Below are positions 24,136-32,547 of a DNA stretch of 34,709 nucleotides, piece by piece (position 1 is the stretch's first letter; the number at the start of each line of letters is the position of its first letter). The notes under the pieces are model-generated. The model worked only from the letters and a program-made list of their open reading frames with translations, searched no databases and was not told the origin of the DNA. Source of the stretch: a virus (taxonomy: Duplodnaviria; Caudoviricetes); IMG/VR virus record IMGVR_UViG_3300017747_001938, positions 1-34,709 of that record; one strand, written 5' to 3'. The position numbers and the translations under genes were made by a program.

Positions 24136-24566
24136 TAGGTGACATCCCAGGTTTGAGTCATCGGGCCGGTGCGCAGGAAGTTGAACGTGATGGTGAATTT
24201 GCCCTTGGCCGGGCGCTCCATCGCGACACTCGTCATGATGCCGGTAAACGCGTAGGTGCAGCCAGTGATGGCCGTGAGTGTGATGGTGCCCTTCGCGCCC
24301 TCAAGGTCGCCCAGCGCCAGTATGGCGCCGTCAGCAAGAGCGCCTAGGATCGGCGTGGTGCTCGCCGCGTCGTAGGTGCCTGTGCCGGTGGCGGAACCGC
24401 TGAACGCGGTACCGATCGGCTCGTGCTCGTCACAGCCGCCAGAATCAAACCCGGTGACTTCTTCCGTCTGGATTTCAAGCGTGCCAGACCATGCGGAAAG
24501 TTTGGCCGCGAAGCCAGTGGGTAGCGCGACGTTGCCAGCGACACCTGCGATATTTTTGAGTGCCAT
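24135..24566 (-). CDS. Major tail tube protein
   Basis: 143 aa; WSGTLE...EVTGFDSGG..E, YAFTGIMTS, FTITFNF..TG. Confidence 0.8.
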   Translation of the reverse strand: MALKNIAGVAGNVALPTGFAAKLSAWSGTLEIQTEEVTGFDSGGCDEHEPIGTAFSGSATGTGTYDAASTTPILGALADGAILALGDLEGAKGTITLTAITGCTYAFTGIMTSVAMERPAKGKFTITFNFLRTGPMTQTWDVT

Positions 24567-24574
24567 GTGTTACC

Positions 24575-24991
24575 TCATGCGGCGGTGGCCGCGATTCCCC
24601 AAAGGGTGACGATCTGGATGCGGTGGTCCTCATGAACCGGGATGCCGCGATTCTCAACCCACGCCTGCCCGCCGCCATGCCCGGTGATGGTGAGGGCGGC
24701 ACCGTCAAGCAAGTCGAGTAGTTTTTTCGTGATGGCCTGCACTGTCGTTTCACTGGAGCCACGCGCTCCGAATATCGAGATTTGCAAAGTGGCGAACGTG
24801 TCACAGCCGTCGAAGTAGCGATCGGGCTCATCCTCCACCACAGACACCACGGCCAATGCCTCGGCCTTGTCCGGCGGGGCAATGGTGCGGTAGATGCGAC
24901 CACCAACGGCCTCGTAAAACGTGCCAGCGCTTTGGCTCGCGGTGAGCTTGGCAATGACGCCAGCCAAGATGGATTCTTGATCGTGAGCCAT
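24575..24991 (-). CDS. Tail terminator/completion protein (DUF3168-like)
   Basis: VGGRIY...AP, LQISIF, LLDG..L.I.G; synteny. Confidence 0.75.
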   Translation of the reverse strand: MAHDQESILAGVIAKLTASQSAGTFYEAVGGRIYRTIAPPDKAEALAVVSVVEDEPDRYFDGCDTFATLQISIFGARGSSETTVQAITKKLLDLLDGAALTITGHGGGQAWVENRGIPVHEDHRIQIVTLWGIAATAA

Positions 24992-25393
24992 TTAGGGTTT
25001 GTTCAACGCGCGGAGCATGGTGTAGCGGAAGGTGTCGGCGACACGCTTGAGCATGAAGTCGCGCAGGCGATTGAAGGTTGGTATCCAGTGCGGGCGGGGT
25101 GCCTGCGTGCTGGTGCCAAACTCCAATTTGCGGGGCAATTTGCCGTCAGCGAAGACGGTCGCGACGGGGTGATGCTCGCCAGCTTTCGGTCGAGCCAGCC
25201 TGATGGAGTGCTGGTATCCGCCCTTGTCTTTTTGCGGCGGATGGCCTGGGGCGGATGAGGTATTCTTGCGGCCCTTTTTCCCAACGACGGTTCGCAGTTC
25301 CTTTCGGTAACTCACTCCAGCTGCGGAAACGCCAGCGCGGAGCGCCCGCGCCACAAGCCGATTCGCTCCGGGATTGCTTTGGTACGTCGCCAC
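24992..25393 (-). CDS. HK97 gp10-like tail completion protein
   Basis: SAPGHPP...G...SI and LEFGTS.QAPRPHWIP. Confidence 0.8.
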   Translation of the reverse strand: MATYQSNPGANRLVARALRAGVSAAGVSYRKELRTVVGKKGRKNTSSAPGHPPQKDKGGYQHSIRLARPKAGEHHPVATVFADGKLPRKLEFGTSTQAPRPHWIPTFNRLRDFMLKRVADTFRYTMLRALNKP

Positions 25394-25755
25394 TACGTAA
25401 GCTCCTCGGCTTCGAGCGCGATTGATTCGCCGTCATCCGTCTCGGCGGTGTCAATCACATACACCACATGCGTCCCTGTCTTATCCGTGAAGGTGCATCG
25501 GTCGCCGCGCCGCACATCCGCGCCGTTGTCAATCTCAGTTTCCCACTGCCGCCTCACCCGCATCGCGCCAAACTGCTCTGCCTCCTGCCCGCTCGTTCTC
25601 TTCCAAACGCACTGCACGCTCGATAGGTGAGCCGCGTAGGTTGTGGTGGTCGTGCCGGCGGTCGTCGTGTAGGTCGGGCGAGCAACCACCATTGGCCGCC
25701 GGTTCGTTCGTGGCGGGCATTCGCAGCCGGGCTTTGATGGCGATCGTTTCAGCAT
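25393..25755 (-). CDS. Head closure/head-tail adaptor protein
   Basis: Synteny; SGQE, DVRRGDR and LEAEE motifs. Confidence 0.7.
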   Translation of the reverse strand: MLKRSPSKPGCECPPRTNRRPMVVARPTYTTTAGTTTTTYAAHLSSVQCVWKRTSGQEAEQFGAMRVRRQWETEIDNGADVRRGDRCTFTDKTGTHVVYVIDTAETDDGESIALEAEELT

Positions 25756-26321
25756 GGCCAGGTCAATCGGTAGTTTGCGAGCAGTGCGAGGCTGCCACCG
25801 TCAGCAGCGTTTTCGACGGCACATCCTTCCCACAATGCCTTGGTGATTCGCTTGATCGCTTCCTTGATCGCGACAGGGATTGCCTCCACGGTGGTCCATC
25901 CCGCGACGTAGGTGATGACGACGGCGTTGAACTTGTTCGTCTGCGTGGTCGGCCACGAGTAGCCATCGTTAAGGCCAATGCGTGGCGGCGTGCTCGATGT
26001 GTCCACCTGGTAGTTCGCAGTCGGTAGCGTCTGCGAATTGCCATTGCCATCCGTGTAGACGATGCTGGTGACACTGGCCAATGGAGCACGCGCCACGTTG
26101 ATGACATCGCACGAGGGAAAATAATCCCGTTTGAGCGTGCGAGTCTGGGTAAACAGGGCGCGATAGCAGTATTCCTCCACCCACTGCCGGGCGGTGGTGA
26201 TGAGCGCCGCGATCATCATGTCGTCATCGTTGTGGTCGATGCGAATCAAATGCTTCACCTCAGCAACGCATACAGGCTCTTGCAGCGGGGCGGTGGTCAA
26301 GATGTCGGTCCAGCCTTGCAT
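25749..26321 (-). CDS. Head-tail connector (gp6 / phiE125 gp8-like)
   Basis: EPV.VAEVK.LIRID..DDD..I..LI..AR..VE.YC.RAL.TQT; V.ITYVAG...IP.AIK.AI. Confidence 0.88.
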   Translation of the reverse strand: MQGWTDILTTAPLQEPVCVAEVKHLIRIDHNDDDMMIAALITTARQWVEEYCYRALFTQTRTLKRDYFPSCDVINVARAPLASVTSIVYTDGNGNSQTLPTANYQVDTSSTPPRIGLNDGYSWPTTQTNKFNAVVITYVAGWTTVEAIPVAIKEAIKRITKALWEGCAVENAADGGSLALLANYRLTWPC

Positions 26322-26530
26322 CACTTGGCCTTAGCCTTTCGAGTTTGAGCGGGACGACTTGGCGACACGGTTTCCATGCGATGGGTGTCAGGGGCGGGAG
26401 CGGCATCAGCCAGCACGGCGCGGCCAGTGGCAATGAGCCAATTGCGGAGCATCGCCGTGGGCTCAAGGATCATGCCCTTGGAGTAGGTCTGCCACGACTG
26501 AATCAGCCTTACTTTTGGCGTGGGTTTCAT
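26321..26530 (-). CDS. Small hypothetical head-associated protein
   Basis: KVRLIQSW..YSKG.IL......WLIATGRA with a basic tail; typical small gene upstream of the connector. Confidence 0.65.
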   Translation of the reverse strand: MKPTPKVRLIQSWQTYSKGMILEPTAMLRNWLIATGRAVLADAAPAPDTHRMETVSPSRPAQTRKAKAK

Positions 26531-27237
26531 TTCGCGTTCCTCCCTGAGCGCAGCCACACCTGCGACTTCTCATCCTTCGCAAGCTGCTCGTGGTTGCCGA
26601 TGAAGTTCACGTTGTCGCCTTTGACCTCGTAGTTCATCGCGCCGTAGAAATAGAACTCCACCCACGGGCACGCATCGACCATCGCCTGCATCGCAGGCTT
26701 GATGAGGTTGTGCGTGCAGTGGTGGCCATTGGCTGGGCCGGGGAATCCGTCAAAGTGATCAAACTGTGGATTACCTTCGCTGCTGCGGTAGCCCTCGTGG
26801 CCGACGAGGTGAACCCGCTCCGCCCCCATGTTCAAGGCGTACTGCACGATCATCAGGCCGCTCATCGACCAATCGGAGTAGTGCCCGATCTTGAACTGCC
26901 ACGTCGCGCCCGGCCCGTCCATCGTGATGAACTCATCGAACCAGTCGGTGCCGCGGCGAACCTGCGCCTTGGTGTTGCGCTTGATGGTGATGAGCCGCGT
27001 GCCTTGTGCCTTGTAGCGCTTGCAATCGGCCAGGTACTTGTTGTCCACCTTGTCATCGCCGAACACGAGGGCGTTGACGTAGTAGTAATCCGGCCCCTGC
27101 GGGAACAGCCGGCCGCCGCTGTTGGTGGCGATGGTGGCCGCCATCGGATACCTCGCCCGGCACAGACGCGCGTATTCGTCTGCCGAGGGCGACGATCCGA
27201 CGACGAGCCATTCTTTGTGATCGGTCTGGTGGGCCAT
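26527..27237 (-). CDS. Putative glycosyltransferase (Maf/DUF115, GT29/GT42 sialyltransferase-like fold)
   Basis: LVVGSSPS, IATN, PDYY, MSGLMIVQYALNMGAERVHLVGHEG, HFDG...H. Confidence 0.65.
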   Translation of the reverse strand: MAHQTDHKEWLVVGSSPSADEYARLCRARYPMAATIATNSGGRLFPQGPDYYYVNALVFGDDKVDNKYLADCKRYKAQGTRLITIKRNTKAQVRRGTDWFDEFITMDGPGATWQFKIGHYSDWSMSGLMIVQYALNMGAERVHLVGHEGYRSSEGNPQFDHFDGFPGPANGHHCTHNLIKPAMQAMVDACPWVEFYFYGAMNYEVKGDNVNFIGNHEQLAKDEKSQVWLRSGRNAK

Positions 27238-27303
27238 GACGCTCCGGTGAAAGTGAACCGACGAGCCGGGCCGCGTCCGTGCAGCCCGGCAGAGTCGTGT
27301 CAG

Positions 27304-27759
27304 TTACACGCGGAGGATCTGGTTGCAGCCGCGTTCTTCCGCCGTGGTGGGGGAGTCAGAGGCCCGGCTGAGAATGCACACACCCGAGAGGTAGGTGCCG
27401 GTCGTGCCGTTGCCAGCAGTCGCGGTGAGGTCAAGGAAGCGCTTGCGCTTGGTGAGATCGACCTCGATGACGAACACATCGCCGTCATCGGCAGCGGTCG
27501 GCAGAGCCGAGGTCGTGCCAGCGATGTTGGCCGAGGTGCCGAAGATCGCGCCAGTGATGTCGGTGGCCGAGCAGCCGGATGTGTCCGTCTCGCCGAGCTT
27601 CAGCGCAGCCATCGCGATGTCGGTTGCGCCGAGGTTGATGATGAAGGTCGCGTAGTTGTAGCCGATGCAGTCAACTTCGGTGGTCGTCCAGCTGGTGTTG
27701 TCCTTGATCGCGACGGGCGGAACAAGGTTCACAATCTTGGTGTTTTGGAGGGGATTCAT
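27304..27759 (-). CDS. Putative capsid decoration/cement protein
   Basis: 151 aa, beta-rich, directly after the major capsid gene; VDCIGY and KRFL motifs. Confidence 0.65.
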   Translation of the reverse strand: MNPLQNTKIVNLVPPVAIKDNTSWTTTEVDCIGYNYATFIINLGATDIAMAALKLGETDTSGCSATDITGAIFGTSANIAGTTSALPTAADDGDVFVIEVDLTKRKRFLDLTATAGNGTTGTYLSGVCILSRASDSPTTAEERGCNQILRV

Positions 27760-27786
27760 GCGAAACTCCGTAAATCAAAAGGTGAA

Positions 27787-27811
27787 GCCCGGTGATATTT
27801 CTTCACCGGGC
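27787..27811. terminator. Stem-loop downstream of the major capsid gene
   Basis: GCCCGGTGA-TATTTCT-TCACCGGGC perfect 9-bp inverted repeat; imperfect U-tract on the minus strand. Confidence 0.55.
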
Positions 27812-27829
27812 GTTTTCGTGAGGGGATGC

Positions 27830-29200
27830 TTACGAGGTGAAGCCGATGAGTCCGACGATGGGGCCGGCGGTCGTGGTGTTGCCCAGGTCGTGCACCACGA
27901 TGTCCACGCGCTCGGTTGCCTTGAGCGCGATCTGGTCGGTGAGGAAGTAGAGGCTTTCGTCACGCGACACGGTGATGCCGCGGCGTTCGCCCATCGTGGC
28001 CGCCAGCGACAGGTCGCCGTAGAACAGCATGGGCAGGTTGTTGAGGTTGCCGGTCGAGGTGGGCAGAACTTCCGAAACCACGATCGGGCTGCCGAGGTAG
28101 CTGTCCACAGGGCGGCCTTCCAGCGTGGTGACGGAGTTGCCACCGGCCACAGCTTTGAGGCGGTCGAACACAAGCGACTTGGCGACCGACGAGCAGTAGA
28201 ACTTGGCATTCATCCGGGCATACGCCGGCAGTTTGCTCATCAGCGTGGTCAGGTCGGTGTTGTCCACTTCCGCGAACGTGTCGTGGCCTGCGGTCGCACA
28301 GTCCACCGCGCCGGCGGTGTTGGCCGCATCGAGAATCTTCTTGGTCAGGCCGTAGATGCCGCCGTAGGTCTGGCTGGCGTCGCCGGTGAAACCACACTGG
28401 TCTTCCTTGAGGGCCATTGCCCACGCGAAGTCGCGGGTGAGCATGTCAGCGATCGAGATGATTGCATCCTCGTCCAGTTCCTTGCTCAGTAGCGTTGCGC
28501 CACCGAGTTTCTTGGCGACGAGCATGACCTGATCGAAAGCGGGATCGTTGGGGGTGATCGTGCCGCCTTCGCCGATGAAGCTCATCGTGATGTTGCTGGA
28601 CTTGCGGGGGATGCTCAGCGTATCGCGACCCATCGGCAGCACGCGGGCGTTCTGGCGGAACACGCCGTATTGCTCGCGGAGGTCGATGATGGCCTGACTC
28701 ATCTCGTCGGGGACGAGAACGCCACCGGCGCTGTTGGCACCCTCGGTCAGTGCGTTGCGGAACTCGACGCCGTTCTTGCGGCACCATTGCTGAGCGCGGA
28801 AGTTGCCGAAGATGGCCGCGCGAATCCACTGGCCAGACTTGTAAGCCTTTTCTTCGGCGTCGCGGCCCTTGTAGGCCACGAGTTTGCCGGTGCGCCAACC
28901 AGCGGTGACGACGGGCGACTTCTCTTCCGGGGCGTCATTGAGTTTGTCGGGGGTGGCAGCGCGATCGCGCGGGCCTTTGAGCTTGCCCAGTTCGGCGGCG
29001 ATGGTTTCGCGGCGCTTCTGGTCGAGCTCCAGCGCGTCGATTTCCTTCTGCACATCTTTTGACTTCGCGAGGTAGGTGTCGATGTCCTTGCCTTCGCCAT
29101 CGGTCAAGGCGCGGTTTTCTTTGTCGGCCTTGTTGGTGATGTCGTCCGCACACTTGAGGAAGTGCGAAAGATCATCCTGCAGTTCGAGAATCGTCTTCAT
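27830..29200 (-). CDS. Major capsid protein (HK97 fold) with N-terminal coiled-coil scaffold domain
   Basis: SAGGVLVPDEMSQAII, FIGEG, AKKLG...SKEL.ED, YGDLS, F.TDQIA.KATER.D; ATG 29200 with SD GGAG. Confidence 0.95.
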   Translation of the reverse strand: MKTILELQDDLSHFLKCADDITNKADKENRALTDGEGKDIDTYLAKSKDVQKEIDALELDQKRRETIAAELGKLKGPRDRAATPDKLNDAPEEKSPVVTAGWRTGKLVAYKGRDAEEKAYKSGQWIRAAIFGNFRAQQWCRKNGVEFRNALTEGANSAGGVLVPDEMSQAIIDLREQYGVFRQNARVLPMGRDTLSIPRKSSNITMSFIGEGGTITPNDPAFDQVMLVAKKLGGATLLSKELDEDAIISIADMLTRDFAWAMALKEDQCGFTGDASQTYGGIYGLTKKILDAANTAGAVDCATAGHDTFAEVDNTDLTTLMSKLPAYARMNAKFYCSSVAKSLVFDRLKAVAGGNSVTTLEGRPVDSYLGSPIVVSEVLPTSTGNLNNLPMLFYGDLSLAATMGERRGITVSRDESLYFLTDQIALKATERVDIVVHDLGNTTTAGPIVGLIGFTS

Positions 29201-29380
29201 GGTTGGTTGTCTCCGCGCGGCGGTGGAGACAGCAACCAATTAAAAAGGAGGCGGGAACCACCGACGCGAACTTGGGGTGAGTTCGGGTCAGGATGTTCAC
29301 GCCCCCTCAGGAGGTGCTAGATCGTTACGAGATGTGCGGCGGCCCGCAGGGCCAACTTCACATCCGCCTATTTACTTGTT
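29201..29380 (-). promoter_or_regulatory. Structured 5' leader of the capsid gene
   Basis: Hairpin GATGTG...CACATC (29331-29364); long hairpin 29246-29307 followed by U5; SD-occluding hairpin 29203-29239. Confidence 0.55.
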
Positions 29381-29386
29381 GCGGCA

Positions 29387-29416
29387 ATCCTATCAAATGA
29401 TAATGATAAGTCAATA
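29387..29416 (-). promoter_or_regulatory. Sigma70-type promoter P2 (copy 2 of the 21-bp motif) upstream of the capsid gene
   Basis: TTGACT (29414-29409), 16 bp, extended -10 TGa-TAGGAT (29392-29387); 20/21 identical to 4759-4779. Confidence 0.72.
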
Positions 29417-29446
29417 CCAATAAGGCCCGGCGCAGAAAAAAACTAA

Positions 29447-30112
29447 TCAGCAATTTTGCCACCGCACGGCGTTGATCTTCTCCGCCTTGTGGTGGCCGCG
29501 CCAGCCCATGTAGCAGGCGAAGTGGTACACGTAGTCGCTCATGCGCGGGCCCGAGTTCCACACCGCAGGCCCGACGCGGTTCCATGTCGATGGTAGGTAG
29601 TACGTCGGCGCGTCCATCATCGCCACGCCCCACGCGGCCTGCTCATTTACGCCGGTGGTGTCGGTCATCGCGCGGTCAAGGAAACGCAGAACAGGCAGGT
29701 GCTCGGCGGAGAACATGACCAGCCCGCCGTTGACGTACGCGCCACGGTGGTAGGTGTGCGACTTGCCAAGCTGCTGGCACGCCCTGGCCCATGACGGTTT
29801 CTCGTAGCCTTCCTGCTCGTCGCCCATGCCGTCCTGCCAATTGGCCACTGCGGCCATGTGTGAGGCTGGCACGATCACGAATGGGCTGGGCGCGTCGGCC
29901 CGGATGAGCATGTCGGCATCGAGGTACAGGCACCGGCCATCGGCATGGCAGAACTGGCCCACACGGAACTTCGCGGCGAAGATGTCACGACATCCGAAGT
30001 CACTGGCGATTTCAATGAGTTCGCAGCCCCACCGCTTCGCAGCGGCCACCACCGACGCCTTCGCGTTGGGGTGCCAATAGTTGCCGATGTTGATGGTGAG
30101 AATGCGGTTCAT
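29447..30112 (-). CDS. GT-A fold glycosyltransferase (GT8-like)
   Basis: AAKF, CLYLDADMLI (DxD), YVNGGLVMF, NEQAA, LPSTWN, VYHFA; ATGA overlap with the protease gene. Confidence 0.8.
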   Translation of the reverse strand: MNRILTINIGNYWHPNAKASVVAAAKRWGCELIEIASDFGCRDIFAAKFRVGQFCHADGRCLYLDADMLIRADAPSPFVIVPASHMAAVANWQDGMGDEQEGYEKPSWARACQQLGKSHTYHRGAYVNGGLVMFSAEHLPVLRFLDRAMTDTTGVNEQAAWGVAMMDAPTYYLPSTWNRVGPAVWNSGPRMSDYVYHFACYMGWRGHHKAEKINAVRWQNC

Positions 30113-30810
30113 TTTCGTGCGTACTTCGCGCGGTTCTCTGCCAGCCACTTCTCCTGCTCGCTGATTCGTGACTTGAAGGTGGGTGCGTCAGGCTTTGACG
30201 GTGCGGCTGCCACATCGCGAGGGACGTTCCTGAATCGCGACAGGTCAAAGTGCGCCGCCATCTTCACAGAGGGAGACTTTTTATCCGCGAATCCCTTTGC
30301 TACAGCCTGATCAGCGTCAAGCCAAGTTTCAGCGCCCATTAGCGCCTTCACCTCTTCAGCATCAATGCCCGTTCGCGCCGTGTATGTATTCACCAAGGTG
30401 CCGCCCACCTGATCGAGCACATCGGCCTGCTTGCGCATCTCAACCGAGTTGCCGATGGCGAAGGTCCACGGATCATGGATCATGATCATGCCGTTCTCCG
30501 CAATCGTGATGGAATTGCCCACCATTGCAATGACTGATGTGATCGATGCGGCAAGTCCGTCGATATGCACATCGATTTGAGCCTTGTTCCGCTTCAGTGC
30601 GTTGTAAATGGCCACGCCGTCAAACACATCGCCGCCTGGCGAGTTGAGGTAGAGGTTGATGGTGTCCACCTTGCCGATCTTGTTCAGGTCGTCAACGAAC
30701 TGCTTCGCAGACACGCCGCCGAAGAAACCCGCGCCGATCTCGTCGTAAATATAAATTTCAGCCGTTTTCTCGGCTGCTTTCATGGAATACCACTGTTTCA
30801 CGCTCTTCAT
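30109..30810 (-). CDS. ClpP-like prohead maturation protease
   Basis: AEIYIYDEIG, NSPGGDVFDG, DGLAAS, MIHDP, ETWLDA..AV..GFAD. Confidence 0.93.
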   Translation of the reverse strand: MKSVKQWYSMKAAEKTAEIYIYDEIGAGFFGGVSAKQFVDDLNKIGKVDTINLYLNSPGGDVFDGVAIYNALKRNKAQIDVHIDGLAASITSVIAMVGNSITIAENGMIMIHDPWTFAIGNSVEMRKQADVLDQVGGTLVNTYTARTGIDAEEVKALMGAETWLDADQAVAKGFADKKSPSVKMAAHFDLSRFRNVPRDVAAAPSKPDAPTFKSRISEQEKWLAENRAKYARK

Positions 30811-32537
30811 TGCTGGACTCCTGCAAGGGTTGAAAGTAAATCGGTCATTTTGGTCATCTCGTCTGCAGCTTGCGATTTCGCGCGGGTCGTCGCCCACTCG
30901 TTCACGGTGGCCGGTTCTCGCATCTCAGCCTGCGATTTCTCGATGTGGCGGGTCGCAATTGCCCGCGTTGCCCCGAAAACAGCCTGTTTTGTGGCTTCTG
31001 GCATGGTTTCATCGCTCAAAATGGCCCATGCGGCATCGGCGAAGGCGTCAATCACGCCGCCGATCTTCGCGTGAACATGATCGACATGCCCCGCGTAAAA
31101 CTTATCGCTCCACTCTTTGAATCCGTTTTTCTTCGTGGCGGCGCGAACGCGGTCGGTTTCGATGGTCAGCACGCGGGAAAACGCTTCCGTGAGTAGGTCG
31201 CAGTGACGCGGCGTGATGGCCGCGAGCTTTTGGGTGGCGCGGGTTTTGGCGGCGATGACATCATCGGGCGGCTCATCGGGGTCGGTGTCCGGCTCGGGCG
31301 CAGGCTCAGGCTTTTGCGGGCCAAGTTTTGCGAATTGGATGGGCACCATCGACGCATTCACGTAGTAAACGTCGCCATCAGGCCCGATTGGGTTCAATCC
31401 ATTCTCGCGGCGGATCTCGTTCTGGTTGATCGCGCCGATGTTGAAAAGTTCACGCTGCCGGGTCGATCGCGATGCCATGTCGCCGCGGATCAGGTTTTGA
31501 TACGAGTGCTCGGCGTACAGATCCTTTTCGCGCGGAGAAATGAGTTTTCGCTTGATTTCCTGATCCCAAAGGGCGAACCAGGTGTAAAGGGCATCGCCCA
31601 CGTACTCAAGCGACTGGTGCTCGATGTTGCCGAAGGTGCTGCGCGTCATCTCGAAAACTTTGTGAGGCGGCACGCGGAAGAGGCGGCACGCCTCCTGCAC
31701 GCCCATGATGCGCGTTTCGAGCATCTGCGCCTCTTCGGGTGCGACACTGTTGGGGTTGAAGGTCATGCCCTCTTCGAGAATCGCCACCTTGTGGGAGTTT
31801 TCGGTGCCAGAGTGCATCTCGGTCCATGAATCACGCAGCGTCTTGGCCGCGACCACGCCGAGCGTCTGCGGATGTTGGAGCACGCCGCTGAGCCGCGAAC
31901 CGTTGCCGAAGAACGTCGCCGCGAACCGCTCGGCAGCGATGGCGCATCCGATGGCCTCTTTTCCGAGTTTGAGCATTGAATAGCCGACAACGCCAGCACC
32001 AAGGCCCGGCAGGTGGAGCATGTTGTAGGCGGGGATGTCGTCGAAGCCGCCCTCGTCGTTGCGAACTTCGTAGCCAAGCACGCCGGCCTTATCTCGAACC
32101 ACCTTCACGCGCGACGGGTGAATAGGCGACAGCGAAAAAACTGACCCCGATCCTGTTCGCTGGATCTCTGCGTACCCGTTGCCCCACAGCAGTGCCGCTG
32201 CCGTCACTGTGCGGCGGAAGGTCAGCGATGTCATCTCGTTGTTAGGCGCTTGGCGCAGCAGGTTGTAAAGCGGGTGGTCAACGGCGTCAGTCTTTTTATC
32301 ACCAGCCTCGACGCGCTTGAGCAGAAGCGGCACCTTGGCCACATCTTCCGCGATGGCACGCACGCAGGCGAACACCGCCGTGATGCTCAGGGCGCTATGC
32401 TCGTTCACCTCCACGCCGGCGTAGCCCTTCGTGCCGCAAAGGGCTTCCACAAGCCACTCGCTGGGGTTGCGCATGGTCGAGTTGCGGGGCTTGCGCCGGG
32501 TGACGGTGTTCTTCTTTTTCGTTTTGACTGCGGGCAT
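30807..32537 (-). CDS. Portal protein (HK97 family)
   Basis: AVFACVRAIA, HPLYNLL...PN, LLWGNGYA, ILEEGM, EAQMLETR, FRVPPH, NIEHQ, NEIR..ENGL.PI. Confidence 0.95.
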   Translation of the reverse strand: MPAVKTKKKNTVTRRKPRNSTMRNPSEWLVEALCGTKGYAGVEVNEHSALSITAVFACVRAIAEDVAKVPLLLKRVEAGDKKTDAVDHPLYNLLRQAPNNEMTSLTFRRTVTAAALLWGNGYAEIQRTGSGSVFSLSPIHPSRVKVVRDKAGVLGYEVRNDEGGFDDIPAYNMLHLPGLGAGVVGYSMLKLGKEAIGCAIAAERFAATFFGNGSRLSGVLQHPQTLGVVAAKTLRDSWTEMHSGTENSHKVAILEEGMTFNPNSVAPEEAQMLETRIMGVQEACRLFRVPPHKVFEMTRSTFGNIEHQSLEYVGDALYTWFALWDQEIKRKLISPREKDLYAEHSYQNLIRGDMASRSTRQRELFNIGAINQNEIRRENGLNPIGPDGDVYYVNASMVPIQFAKLGPQKPEPAPEPDTDPDEPPDDVIAAKTRATQKLAAITPRHCDLLTEAFSRVLTIETDRVRAATKKNGFKEWSDKFYAGHVDHVHAKIGGVIDAFADAAWAILSDETMPEATKQAVFGATRAIATRHIEKSQAEMREPATVNEWATTRAKSQAADEMTKMTDLLSTLAGVQQ

Positions 32538-32547
32538 ATTTGTTCAC

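Noticed and set aside
27238-27303. GCCGGGC/GCCCGGC hairpin after the decoration gene as a terminator
   Set aside because: There is no U-tract. It could stabilise mRNA but cannot be called.
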